From Leucoraja ocellata (taxonomy: Eukaryota): 64,000 nucleotides of DNA. Below, in pieces: positions 33,261 through 45,900 of the stretch (position 1 is the stretch's first letter; the number at the start of each line of letters is the position of its first letter). A model generated the notes under the pieces. The model had not been told where the DNA came from, did not search any database, and saw only the letters and a program-made list of their open reading frames with translations. The stretch spans positions 4,464,001 through 4,528,000 of the forward strand of contig JAWMAR010000070.1 in the NCBI GenBank assembly GCA_036785375.1, given 5' to 3'. Position numbers and translations under genes: made by a program.

Positions 33261-35094
33261 ATGGTTGGGTCAGATGATCACAGAATCATACGTCACGGAA
33301 ACAGGCCCATCTCCCCAACTCGTTAGACCAATATGCTCATCTAAGTTAGTCAAATTTGCCCACGCTCGACCCATATCTCCCCAAACCTTCCCTATCCATG
33401 GACCTGGCCAAATGCCCGTTCCATGTTGTTATTGCAGCTGCTTCAGCCACTTCGTCAAGTGTGATGTATCCGTAAGGATGGAGCGGTGGTTATCTCTGTA
33501 CTCAGAGTCTGTTAACACTGAGCTGTGGTGGAAATATTGACAGACAAAAAAAATGCAGGAGCAACTCTGCGGGCCCGTCAGCACCTCTGGAGAAAATGGA
33601 TAGAGGACGTTTCGGGTCGGGAACCTTCGTGTAAACAATGATACGTTGTATAAAATATGACAATTAGAAGAGTAAAAATTAGGTTCCAATAAAATAAACA
33701 AAAAAAAAAAAGAAGAATAAAAACGTCTAAGATGTGTACACTTCCGGATCCTTCCCATTTGATGATTTTGTAAGTGGACCGGCAGACCAAAAACATGGAA
33801 CTTTTGTTTTGGCATATTGCTGAAGTGATACACTTAGTGAAGTTAAAGCAAGGTACAATATGCACGGTGAATTGAATTGTTAACTTGTCTTCTTCACAAG
33901 TGCTAATAAATTATCAGAGTTGTGGTCTTGTACATTCCATTGGTTGATTCTGGACATCTGCTTGCAACGATTTCATTCTGTAGGCAACGAGTTGCATTAT
34001 AATATGACTTAATATCTGCTGCGGCCTATCGTTCTGGATGTGTTACTTTCAGGGGAACAGTACAGTTTACTCGGGTTGTGTCCGTCAGTGGCATTGTTGT
34101 GTATCACGTGGTATCGGTGTAACACACTGATGTGTCCGCCACTGATGTTAGCTGAGCGCTGGCGACCCTCAGTAAATGATCTTTTGTTGGGATTTATATC
34201 CTGTTTACTTGCCCAACTAAAAACACTGCAGAGAGGATCCGACGATGCAACAAAACAATTTAATCCTGTCTTCATTCGCCATTGACCCATGACTTCTGCA
34301 AACACTGCTCAGCAATCAGTGTTACACCGAGCTGCTCGCAAGATGCGGTTCAGATATACGAATCTACACACTCTTGTTTCAGCAGCGCGAGCAAAGTGTC
34401 AGCACTGCAGAACAATTCAGTATAAATGGAGAAGTGACTGTTTGATCATATTAGATTCAAGTACATTGCAAGTCAGCACCCACCGCTAAACACAACAGTG
34501 GCATCGACCCGAAATGTCACCCGTTCTTTCCCTCGAGTGATGCCGCCCTTCCCGCGGTTGCTCCAGTATTTTGTGTATATCTGTGGCATCTCAGACCATT
34601 TATGTCTCATTATCTGAGAGGCACTTTGGAATGTCCTGCAGTGGGGAAATGATCCAACTCAAGATCATTCCTCCCATTAGACCATTAACAAGCTCAATTT
34701 GAACGGGCCAGGCAGCATCAATGTGACCACAGAATCTGCAAGTATCTCTGGCTATTCAGCACCCCTCTGGTATCCCTGACCTGGGGGTTTGTGAGTTCAA
34801 AGCCGCCTCTGGTCTCATGTCCGCATCTCCCCGCTTACTGTATGGAGAATATGTATCTTTGTCAGTGGGACATTTTAGCAATCTTTGAATCTTTCCGAAC
34901 TTTATGGCGGTTACTGTGTTATTGCAGGTCACCATTTTGTATTCGCAAACAACATCCTTCATAGTTCTTTCATGGGCGGGGCTACAGTCACGAGTCAGAC
35001 TAAGGAAAGCAACACAATGTATTTGCAGTTTCACACCCCGCGCTTTGCAAGCTGCAACTCATCAATTGTGTTCTGCACAAGAATAGACTTTCCT

Positions 35095-35395
35095 CTAGTT
35101 TAGTTTAGTTTAGTTTAGTTTGGAGATACAGCGAGGAAACAGGCCCTTCGGCCCACCGAGTCCACACTGACCAGCAATCCCCGCACATTACACGACCCCA
35201 CACACAGTGGGGATGATTTACATTTACAGCATGCCAATGAACCAATCGACACGTACGTCCTTGGAGATCTCGGAGAAAACACGGTGTTTTGGGGAGAACG
35301 TACAAACTCCGCACAGACAGCTCCCGCAGTCGGGATCGAACCCGGGTCTTCGGCGCTGCAAGCGTTGTAAGGCAGCATCTCTCCCGTTGCACCAC
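35095..35395 (-). mobile_element. tRNA-derived SINE with (AAACT)n tail; related pieces at about 16858-16997, 55945-56260, 56720-56940
   Basis: B box GGTTCGATCCC on the minus strand; GTTTA repeats at the 3' end. Confidence 0.8.
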
Positions 35396-35757
35396 ATTGG
35401 CCATTGTTTGTAGTCCTTTAACTCCTTTGCACGGTGGCAAAATGAACAACTCGTTGCAGCATTAAAATGTTTATCAATATTACGGTACTCAAAAGACGCG
35501 AACGTGGTGTGATATAGAACTCGTGTGAAAGGGTTGATTACTGGTTGACGTGGACTCGGTGGGCCAAATGGTCTGTATCCATGCTGTATCTTTCAATTAC
35601 TTAATCCAAAAAAATTGTTAGAAACATAGAAAATAGGTGCAGGAGTAGGCCATTCGGCCCTTCGAGCCTGCACCGCCATTCAATATGATCATGGCTGATC
35701 ATCCAACTCAGTATCCTGTACCTGCCTTCTCTCCATACCCCCTGATCCCTTTAGCCA

Positions 35758-36452
35758 TGTACAACATGCTGGAGTAACTCAGCAGGACAGGTAGCATATC
35801 TGGATGAAAGGAATGGGTGACGTTTCGGGTCGAGACCCTTCTTCAGGTTAAAGTCAGGGGAGAGGGTTAAGGAATAGTAAGGTGTGAAAATGGGACAAAG
35901 GCTTTGCAGATCAAAGGACATGTAGAATAGGTCATTGTTAGCTGGGAGAAGGTAACAATAAAGTAATTAGAGATAAAACGTAGTCGGAGACCGTCAGACT
36001 GATCGGATAACTGGGAAGGGGGGGGGGGGGGGGTGTTGGATTGAGAGGGAATGCAAGGGTTGCTTCAAGTTAGATAAGTCACTGTTCACACCGCTGGGAT
36101 GTAACCAACCCAAGCGAAACATGAGGTGCAGTTCCTCCAATTTGTGCGGCAACTTACTCTGACAATGGAGGATGCCCAGGACAGGAATGTCAGTGTGGGA
36201 ATGGGAGGGAGGAGTTACCGTGTTTAGCGACCGGGGTATCAGGTAGGGGCGGACTCAACGGAGGTGTTCAGCAAAACGATCGCCGAGAAGCGAGAACAAT
36301 CGCAGGCTCAGCAATCGTTTCGCTGAACACCGCCCCCCTGTCTGCCTACCCCTACCTGATCTATCTACTGATGCCGCCTGTCACGCTGAGCTACCCCAGC
36401 AATTTATGTCTATCCTCAGTTTAAACCAGCATCTGCAGTTCCTTCCTACCTA
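35758..36452 (-). mobile_element. Penelope-like fragment with inverted terminal piece (shorter relic at about 17000-17265)
   Basis: Same endonuclease-end sequence; strand switch near 36290 with a short inverted duplication. Confidence 0.75.
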
Positions 36453-36685
36453 AAAATGAGTTGCATATCGGCAATGAAATCTGCACATGTTGGATGTGCT
36501 TAGCGCGTCAGTCAGCGTCTGTGCAGAGAAAAATAAGGCTAATAGTCAGAACAATGCCGTTGCATAATTTGGGTCTGATGGGATAGCATAGTCTGAAAGA
36601 TTAATTGAATGTCTTCCCTAGTCGCCTTTAATGTTTGGCAACAAGAGGAATATCCAGCAGTCTAATCAAAACAAATTAGACAACG

Positions 36686-36708
36686 TTTATTGACAACAAC
36701 CATTTATT
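36686..36708 (-). terminator. Tandem polyadenylation signals of gene C
   Basis: AATAAA at 36708-36703 and 36691-36686. Confidence 0.7.
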
Positions 36709-36906
36709 AAGAAGCATTCTGTTGCATTATTATTCATTAAGCTGTGGGAAAAAAATCCAGGAAATTGTATGCATATAATATAGTTTAACAGAGTATAAAA
36801 CTCTGAAGCAGCAGAAACCACGCAAAGGTTAAAACAGTAGTTCGAAGCTGACGAAAGAAACCTTGGAAGAGTTGGCAAAAATTAAGATGGTGCAAGCTAG
36901 GAATCT

Positions 36907-36954
36907 TCATTGTAATTCGTGGGTCGAGTGGCGAGGTTCTGTGTCATCGCGTCT
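36907..36954 (-). CDS. Gene C terminal exon RRDDTEPRHSTHELQ*
   Basis: 48 nt, phase 0, ends TGA. Confidence 0.75.
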   Translation of the reverse strand, partial: RRDDTEPRHSTHELQ

Positions 36955-39900
36955 CTGCAAAAGACAATGTGAAGTCATCAGACAGACTGACAGTGGGAAC
37001 CACGCTTTATTTGTCCCGGCCACTCCCAACACATTGCTGTCTGCAAGATGCTAACCCACGAATTAGTTAATCCAATGCCAACGAACCCACACCGGGCACA
37101 GAAATCCACTCTGCACGCGTACAACCTGACAGAACCTCGTGATATCATCTACATAGTGATTTGGTTTAACCTCAGGATATGAAAACGTGCACGATTTTTG
37201 TTTCTATCGATGCACAGGATATATGAAAGCATTAATGGAAACCGTTTGGAAACACTCGGCGAAGAGAAGGGATTGCTTTGGGCGAATCCCTTCTGGTGAA
37301 TCTATGGATTTCATTGCCACAGGAGGCTGTGGAGGCCAAGTTAATTCACACCGGAGATGCTGCCTGTCCCGCTGAGCTACTCCAGCATTTTTGTATCTGT
37401 CCAAATTAATTGATATTTTTAAGGCGGAGATTTTCATTTTCTTGATAAATAAGGATATCAATGGTTACTGGGAGAAGGCAGGTGAATGGGATCGAGTGAA
37501 GGATAGATCCGCCGTGATTGGGGGCCGATTAGATATGATGGGCTGAATGGCCTAATTCTTCTCCTATAATTTATGAACACGATGACAATAAAACCTACCT
37601 TAGAGCCTCTTGTGAACACCGCGGTTGAGATACTCCAGATCACAAGCAGGAGAAAGAACATCCAGCGCCCCACTTCCCATGAGATGTAACTGGGCAAAGG
37701 GCAAGAAATACGGAGTCAATGGGAGGAAACGAGACGGTTAATCTTTGAAGCATTTACCTGTTATTTGCTTCATAATCTTGGTGAAGAGGAGCGCGGCGAA
37801 GCGGCAGCGTCAGTGGAGACCATCTTTGTAAAAGAACGGGTGTTGGACTGGGGGGAGGCGGGGGGGGGGGGGGGGGGGGGACAACATTTGATCACCAATT
37901 GTTGACGTCATTGTTGGGGCATGGCTACAAGACTGGGAATGAGAGACTACGCGGTTAAATGGATTCAGAGAAGACAGATAAATAAGTCATGAGTTGGGGG
38001 AGTGAATACAAAACAGATGGACACAAAATGTTGGAGAAACACAGCGGGAGATGCAGCATCTCTCTGGAAAGAAGGAATGCGTGAAGTTCCGGGTCGAGAC
38101 CCATCTTCAGACCAAGAGTCACGGGAGAGGAAAACTGTGGATGTGGAAGGATGCAAAGAACAGTGTGATACCCTGGAAGAAAGAAAATGCAGCTGCAAGG
38201 AGGATTATAATAAAATCCATTTGGATAGGAATAATAAAAACGGATCAATTCCAATAATGGAAGGGAGATGGGCAATACAAATGGAAACAGATGAGGCCAA
38301 TTAATAAAATTAATTAAAAAATGATTATACTTAATCTGACACCCTGGATACTTCGTGGATCAACGCGGTAGGTGTGTGAATGGAGGAATTGTGCTCGAAA
38401 AATGGGTTAAAGTTTCGCTCATAACGGAGTGGCTTTCATGAACATTTGCTAACGCAAGTATAACACAAGAGTGTGATAGAAAGTCAGATCTATTTCAATT
38501 GTGATAAGATAAACAACAAAATGTTCCCACTTTCATGACTATATTATGATTGAATATTTAATGATTTCAAGTATCAACGAGTAAGAGAGAGTCAGTTAAC
38601 TCATTTTGCTGTATTCGGATGAGGTGAGTAATGGAGCAGTCATGTTGAATTCTGCAGGGAGCGCTTTCTGAAAAGCATCAAATGGAGGAACTTGTTCTTA
38701 TCATCCAAGCATGTACACAACACAATGAGATGTAAACCAGTGCGATTCCCCCTCTGATGAGTTAACTAATAACTGGTTTGTAAGTTATATTTATTGTATT
38801 AAATAATATTTAATTGATACGTTTATATTTGGTGTCAGGCTTGAAACTTGTACAACAATTGGTTATGCTTCGTGACATTTAGGTTCATTGGATCAAAGAC
38901 CCATAGAGAAACACAGTATAGAAACAGGCCGTTTCCGCCAACTGCATTCACATGATTCCTGTGTCAATCCTATTTTCATTTCCCCCACTTGCTCATCAAC
39001 TACCACCCCCACCCCCACCCCCACCCCACCCATTCTTCACAGATTCAGCCACTCTCCTGTACACATGGGGCAATTTACAAATGGCTCATCTTTGGGAGCT
39101 GGGAGGAAACTGGAGCACTTGAGTGAAACCAACACAATTAAAGGCAAAACAAGCAGACCACGCACAGACAGTGGTCTCCTAATGAACCAATGTCGTGGCG
39201 TTGTGAGACTGTGGCTCAACACTCTCACGCATTTAATGCCAGTGAAAGGAAGGCACAACTTTCTCCCAATTAAAGCATTCCCCAATCAAAACACCAGCAA
39301 TTAGTACATTGTAACTTTCATTGGAAACAGAGCATTTTACCTTGCAGAGTAATTGGATGGTATCGAATTTTCACAATAATATTCAAGACCTGTTGGAACA
39401 AGGAAATACAAGTCAGTTTCACTGCTTTTCACTTGCAGTTTAACAAGTAGCTATGGTTTTCCGATGAATGGAGTTGATAGGCTTAACAGACAGGGTAATG
39501 CTTCTTCTGTGTGATTTGCAGCAAATGGGAGATGTTATCATGACAAGCAGGAGTGCTGGTAACAACTCTGGCTCCAGGTGTAGATGGCACGATGGCGCAG
39601 CGGTAGCGTTGCTGCCTTACAGCCAGAGGCACGGGTTCGATCCTGACCACGGATGCTGTCTGCACGGAATTTGTAACTCCTCCCTGTGACCGCGTGGGGT
39701 TTCTACAAGTGCTCCAGTTTCCCCACAGTCTGAACTCTTGCAAGTGTGTTGGTTAATTGGCTTCTGTAAATTGTCCCCATGGAACTAGTATACTGGTGAT
39801 TACTGGACGTTGTGTACTCAGTGGGACGAAGAACCTGCTTCCACGATGTATCCACAAATTAATCAAAAGGGTCCAATTTCATTTGAGAGGAGTATTGCTT

Positions 39901-42900
39901 GGGATGAAACATTACAGTGATGGGGAGGGGTTGGATAGGGGTTTTATAAAATTCCATGCAGAACAGGTGAGGAAGGGGGGGGGGGGCTATTACAGGTGTA
40001 CAAAACTATGAGCAGCATAGACAGGGTATTTTTGGAACATTTTACATGACAGATATGTGTAAAAGTGGAGAACATATGGGTAAGTTAAGGAGCAGGATGT
40101 TTGAAGGGTATAAATAAATATTTTTAAACCGAGAAGATAGAGGTACCTGAATTGCCTCAATGGATGAGGTGCTGGTAAGTGAGATGAGTATTGATTGTAC
40201 TGAATGGACAACATTAACACAGTGACCCAAATGCGATACCGTCGTCTAGGAGTTAACTGTGGCCACATTTACTGATAATTTCTGATCCCTTCACATATTT
40301 GGGTGTCGGTCATGTGAAGATGATGGAAAGTGAAAATGCTTGGACTGATGTCACTGCAAACCTAGTTTAAAGCTGTGTAAACATAAGAGGCAGTTCTAGC
40401 CGGGAAGCTGGTCTACACCAGCGCTGGGAAATCTATTTCTGGAGCCCAGCAACAAAGTATTGACAAATGGGCCATAATTCCATCATTTTAATCTTGATAA
40501 CGTAATTAAATAACGTGCATGGATTTCAGGGTGTCGGGGGTTATGGGGAAAAGGCAGGAGAATGGGGTGAGGAGGGGAAGATACATCAGCCATGATTGAA
40601 TGGTCTATTTCTGCTTCTATCACATGTGATCTTATGAACAACCCCACCCCCACTTCCCCTTCTTCTCCCCATTCCCTCCACTACTTACCAGTGCCGTTGA
40701 TTTTCACCAGGAAACTGCAGGACACGTCACTGCTGGAGATGGACACGTTGACCATTTCACTGGATTTTGATCCATGTTGATTTGAGACTGTGCAATAATA
40801 TTGATGGTGCTGGTGTTTGAAGGATTGACAATGTAGATCCAGGGCATTGTTGTCTGAGATCTTTGAATCCCCAGATGGGGTCTTTTCATACCAGCTGTAG
40901 TTAATGGGAAGGGATCCCCGGACCGACTCACAGGACACTGTCACTGAGCCCCCGAGACAAGAGACATTGGCTGGTGACAGACACCCAAGCACAGGAACAG
41001 ACACGGGTTCTGTGGGAAAGGAGAAAACAGTCAGACACTGAGTGAACATCTGAAAATCAAACACTCGCCAATATCCACCATCTCTGTATCTTCGCCAGAG
41101 CCGCCAGGTTGGAATCTGACCCATCCATCTACTTAGAGTCATAGAGGCATATAGTGTAGAAGCAGGCCAACATGTCCATCCACACTAGTTCCACCTGCCC
41201 TTGCTTAGCCCATAAGCTTCCAAACGGAAGAGACTGTGCATTTACTCGATCTATTCGTCGCGTGATTTTGTAGCTGCCGTAAGATCATCCCTCATCCTCC
41301 TGCTCTCCCAGAAATAAAGTCCTAGTCCGCTCAATCCCTCCCTGGAGTTCAGGCACTCAAGTCATGGCAGCATCATTGTAAATCTTTTCTGCACCCAATC
41401 TTACTTGATAGCATCTTTCCTATAACATGGTGATGAATACTGACCACAGAGCGGACATATCATCAGACAATCTTCGATTCTCTTTTACATTTCAGGAATT
41501 GCCAGCAGGAAAAAGGGAGCATTGTTTATATAACTGTCGGACCCATCCCATCTACATAGATTCGTAGAGTCATACAGTAGAAACAGGCCCTTCGGCCTAA
41601 CTTGCCCGCGCTGACCAACACGCCCAATCTACACTAGTTCCACCTGTCCTTTCTTGGCCCTTAATCCTCTAAACATATCCTATTCATGTAACTGTCCAAT
41701 ATTTTCTGAAATGTTACGATAGTACCAGCCATAACTACTTCCGTCAGCATTTCGTTTCATGGACCTACCAACCTTTGTGTAAACACGTTACTCGCCAGGT
41801 TCCTGTTAAACCATTCCCCCCTGATATCAAAACTATGTCCTCTGGTTCCCGATTCCCCTACTCTGGGCAAAAGACTGTGTATTTACTCGATCTAGTCCTC
41901 GCGTTATTTTTGTGATTTTTGTGATTTAAAAAAAAAATTAAGAACTATTTTTATTAGAAGCAATGTACAGTAGTATAAACCGTGTATAACATATTACATT
42001 TCGTGTACAACCTCTTGTTTTTAATTTATTAATAGAAAAGTAACAGAAGCAAAACAGAGAAGGAGAGAGAAAGTTAAGTAGTGATATTGATAGTTCGTGA
42101 AAGAATAGATAGAAAGAACCCGTAAGGTTATAAAGCCGCAAAAAAACCGTGACCCCCCCCCCAAAAAAATAAATACATAAATTAGTAAATAGAAATAAAA
42201 AATAGAAAATAAAATAAAATAATAAGAAAACAAAACAGAAAAGGAATAAAAGGGAGAAGGGATATACCTGCTTCATGTCTTTCCACACCCCTCACCCAGT
42301 TCTGAAACAGTTAATTTCCAGGGTTATGTTGCACCATGTACTTGGAATAAGTCGATAAAAGGAGACCAAATCTTTAGGAATTGGTCTGCTTTACCTGCAA
42401 GGCCGAATCTCATATCTTCGAGGTGTAACATTTCAGACATGCTTGAAGTCCACATTTTAAGCGTGGGGGTGGGTTCGTTCTTCCAGAATTTGAGTATACG
42501 TTTTTTTTTGCTGTTATCAAGCCATGGTTAAGGAGAGAATTTTGGAACGAAATCACCTTAGAGCCGGCTTCCATTGTTCCAAAAATAATCAATTCTGTGT
42601 TGGGGTCCAATTTTATTTTAAACTCGCAGGATTTGTTTACCTGCAATAAAATCACCCCTCATCCTCCTGCGTTCCAAGGAATAAAGCCCTAATCTGCTCA
42701 ACCCCTCCCTGCATACCAGGCCCTCAAGTCATCGCAACATCCTTGTAAATCTTCTCTGCTCCTTCTCCTCACAATCCACTTACCAGATTTAGACATCTCT
42801 GTGTCTCTCCATCCTCCCAGCCGCCAGAACTACCATGTCTGCCACTGTACCAGTACACAGCTGCACCATCTCTCTTTGTTTTACAATTCCAGCATCTGCA

Positions 42901-45900
42901 GTTAATCTTCTTTTAATCTGAAACTATTTATAATCTGAACATTCAAACGCCTCATTAGTGCAACAGTATCACTATCAACAACTTTTTTATTTCCTTGCAT
43001 AAAATTGTTGATGGTGATACTGTTGCACTAATGAGGTGTGTGAATGGCGGTATTAGTGTGTAGGGAGCGAATGGGGAAGTGGAATAATATAAAACTAGTG
43101 TGACCGGTGATCGCTAGGTGGTGAGGACTCGGTGGGCCGAAGGATCCGTTTCCATGTTACATTTGTAAACTATTACTAAATATCCCGGTGACATTTTCTG
43201 TAAACTCTACAAACCTTTCACATCTTTTGTTTTATAAAGCGGCGACCAGACCTGTGCACCAGACTCCCACCTAACAAATATTTTGTCCGTTGCGAAGGTG
43301 GAGACATAAAGTCACCCATTGAGAAACCTACCTTCAGAAACTTGGAGATGTACTTTAAATGTTGGTTCGCCAGGTGTAGTAATTCCACAGCTGTACCATC
43401 CTGTATCTCCAGAGTTAAGATCCTCCACAGTCACAGTAAATATTCCTCGTGCCGGGTTATCTGACATTGACACTCTTCCACTCTGTCCATGCTCCCCATT
43501 TGTTTCCACTACATGTGTACACTGGCGACTTGTCCCATTGCACCAGTATTTTGTGTGTGAGCGGTACACTGCCGCATAATGACAATCGATTGTGATCGCT
43601 CGTCCCACAACCCCGTGTACTTCGCTCTCTACCCGCAGTGCACCTGAAACGGAAGGAATCATCTTTCATAAATTGAAGAGAAAAATTAGCCTTTCACAAA
43701 CATATACATTATAGCATGCTTCAATGTGTACAGGGGAGTCCGCGCAATGATTTTCTTAACACTGTTGAATTCCACCTAGATTGCGATGAGAGACAGATAC
43801 TGTACACTGTCCCTCACCATCTGCACAGGTCGTTCCAAAGCGCTTCCCAGCCAATGTGGGTGTGAATGGTGAAGAATGATGCATTGAACGCTGAGCCTGT
43901 TGCAATTGGAAGGCGCTGTCTCGGGAGTCTTGGTGAGTTGCTGCAGTGCATCGTGCAGATGGTGCAAACTGCTGCTGCTCTGCATCAGCTTTTGAGGATG
44001 GGGTGTCTATCAAGTGCGATTCTGGATCATGACAGACCAAGCACAAGTGTTCAGTGGAATTGTAGCCGCGGCCAGTGCTTCTTAAACTAGTGAATGGTTC
44101 ACCCAAGGGTGAATGAACTTATTTTGGGGGTCAATTAGTTAATTTGTGTGTTTTGCTCATGTGACAAAATTAATCATATATAAAATTATGCACAAGGGAA
44201 AATAAGATGATAATAACCAAAAAAACATAAGAACATTAAGTTGAGGGGGAATTACATCTTGTAATAAAGACTCAAGGGTGAATGACATTGAAATATTTTA
44301 TGAAGAACTGCCATTCTATAAACTTGGTCACTCTGATTTACACTCTATTCTGGACTTCCAATCTGAACGTCTCCACACCTACTGGGAAGTTCTTTTCAAA
44401 ATTCTCTTTAACAAAATTAAGGGTTATACTTGATGGAGTGACGGCCAAGTAGATTCACAGCAATTTTGTGAGATTACTGGAGTTTGACTCAAATTACCAG
44501 TTAAAATCATAAACATAATCATGAAATTGTACACCCTTCATTGGAAATGATGGCGGATCCAAACAGAATGAATTTGGTGCGTTCTCCGACTCAAAGTGAG
44601 TGTGAGAACTTAAGTGATAGCCAGAAATAATATTTTTAAGTTGGAATGCCGAAATTTGATGGAATGCACTAAACACGTTGTGATACGTGCATGTTTGTCT
44701 CTCCTTTGCTGAAATTGCTCAACACATCCCAGTTGGAAGCAACGGGCTATTATTTGCCAGTCCCCCAAACAAACTCTCGCATTTACACCACGAGCTGCAA
44801 TGATGCCGTCTGCAAATAACAAGAAATCCATGAACATCACCACAAGGCGAATAGCAGCAGGTTCAGGGACACGAGAAGAATACTCACCTGCATTGTTGAT
44901 TTCTGTCACATAACTGCACGTTCCTGCTCCTTTGAAGACTTTCACGTTGAGACTTTCACTGGATTTTGTCCCATGATTATTTGAGGCTGTGCAGTAATAT
45001 TGACGGTGTTGGCCGGCGAGGATTTCACAACTCAGATCCAGTTGATTGCCATACACGGTAGTTGAAACCCAATGCTCGTTCTTCTCAAACCATGTGTAAC
45101 GGATGGGAAGGGATCCACGGACAGACTCACACGACACTGACACTGAGCCTCCGAGACGTGAGGCATTTGCTGCTGATAGATATCTGAGCACAGGAGCAGA
45201 CACGGGTTCTGTGGAATGGAGCAAACATTCAGTCACCTGTATGAAAAGTTAAAAAGCTTGCTAAATCTCAACAACCCTTTATCTCAGCCCGAACCGCCCG
45301 GTTGACATCTCACCGGCTCATCCACATCTCTGTGAGTGTGCGAAGCCCAGAAACCGAAGAAGGTTAGAGTTATAGAGAACCGAAAGATGCCCATCACAAC
45401 AGCTCATTCATGCCGACCAACATGTCTTTCTGGACCATTTCCTTATGTCCACGTTTCTCCCTTATCACTCGCAATGATCCCATTCTACACAAATATCAAA
45501 TAAATATTTTAAATGCGGTTATTCTAACTGCCTCAACAACTTCCTCTGGCCGCAGGTTCCATATAAATATCACCCAATGTGTGGACAATGTTGTCCATCA
45601 GAACAGAAGTTGGGATGTTATGTTTCAGTTGTACATATGTTGTTGAGGTCGAACTTGGGCGAATTGTGTTCAGCTTCGGCCACTCACCTGTACAAAACAT
45701 GCCATTACAGTAAGTGACAGCTTACTACCCCCCCCCCCCCCCCCCACCCCTCTTTAAATAGTTCCCATTGCGTCCGTCCTCCACTTTTTGATTCCACACA
45801 TCGTGGGAAAATGAACATGCTTCTCGTGATTGATACATTTCTATAGGCTCCTCGCTCAATCATTTCCACACCAAGGAATGAAGTCTGAGTTTGTCCAATC

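Noticed and set aside
1771-36500. Units A and B as a purely allelic, falsely duplicated assembly
   Set aside because: They differ by several kb-scale and element-specific indels and show mosaic similarity to C. This is not fully excluded without read depth.
44425-44477. Possible second Cys micro-exon after C2a in gene C (VISQNCCESTWPSLHQ)
   Set aside because: The paralogous sequence in A and B has a stop and a frameshift, and the donor is weak with non-matching phase. At most a relic.
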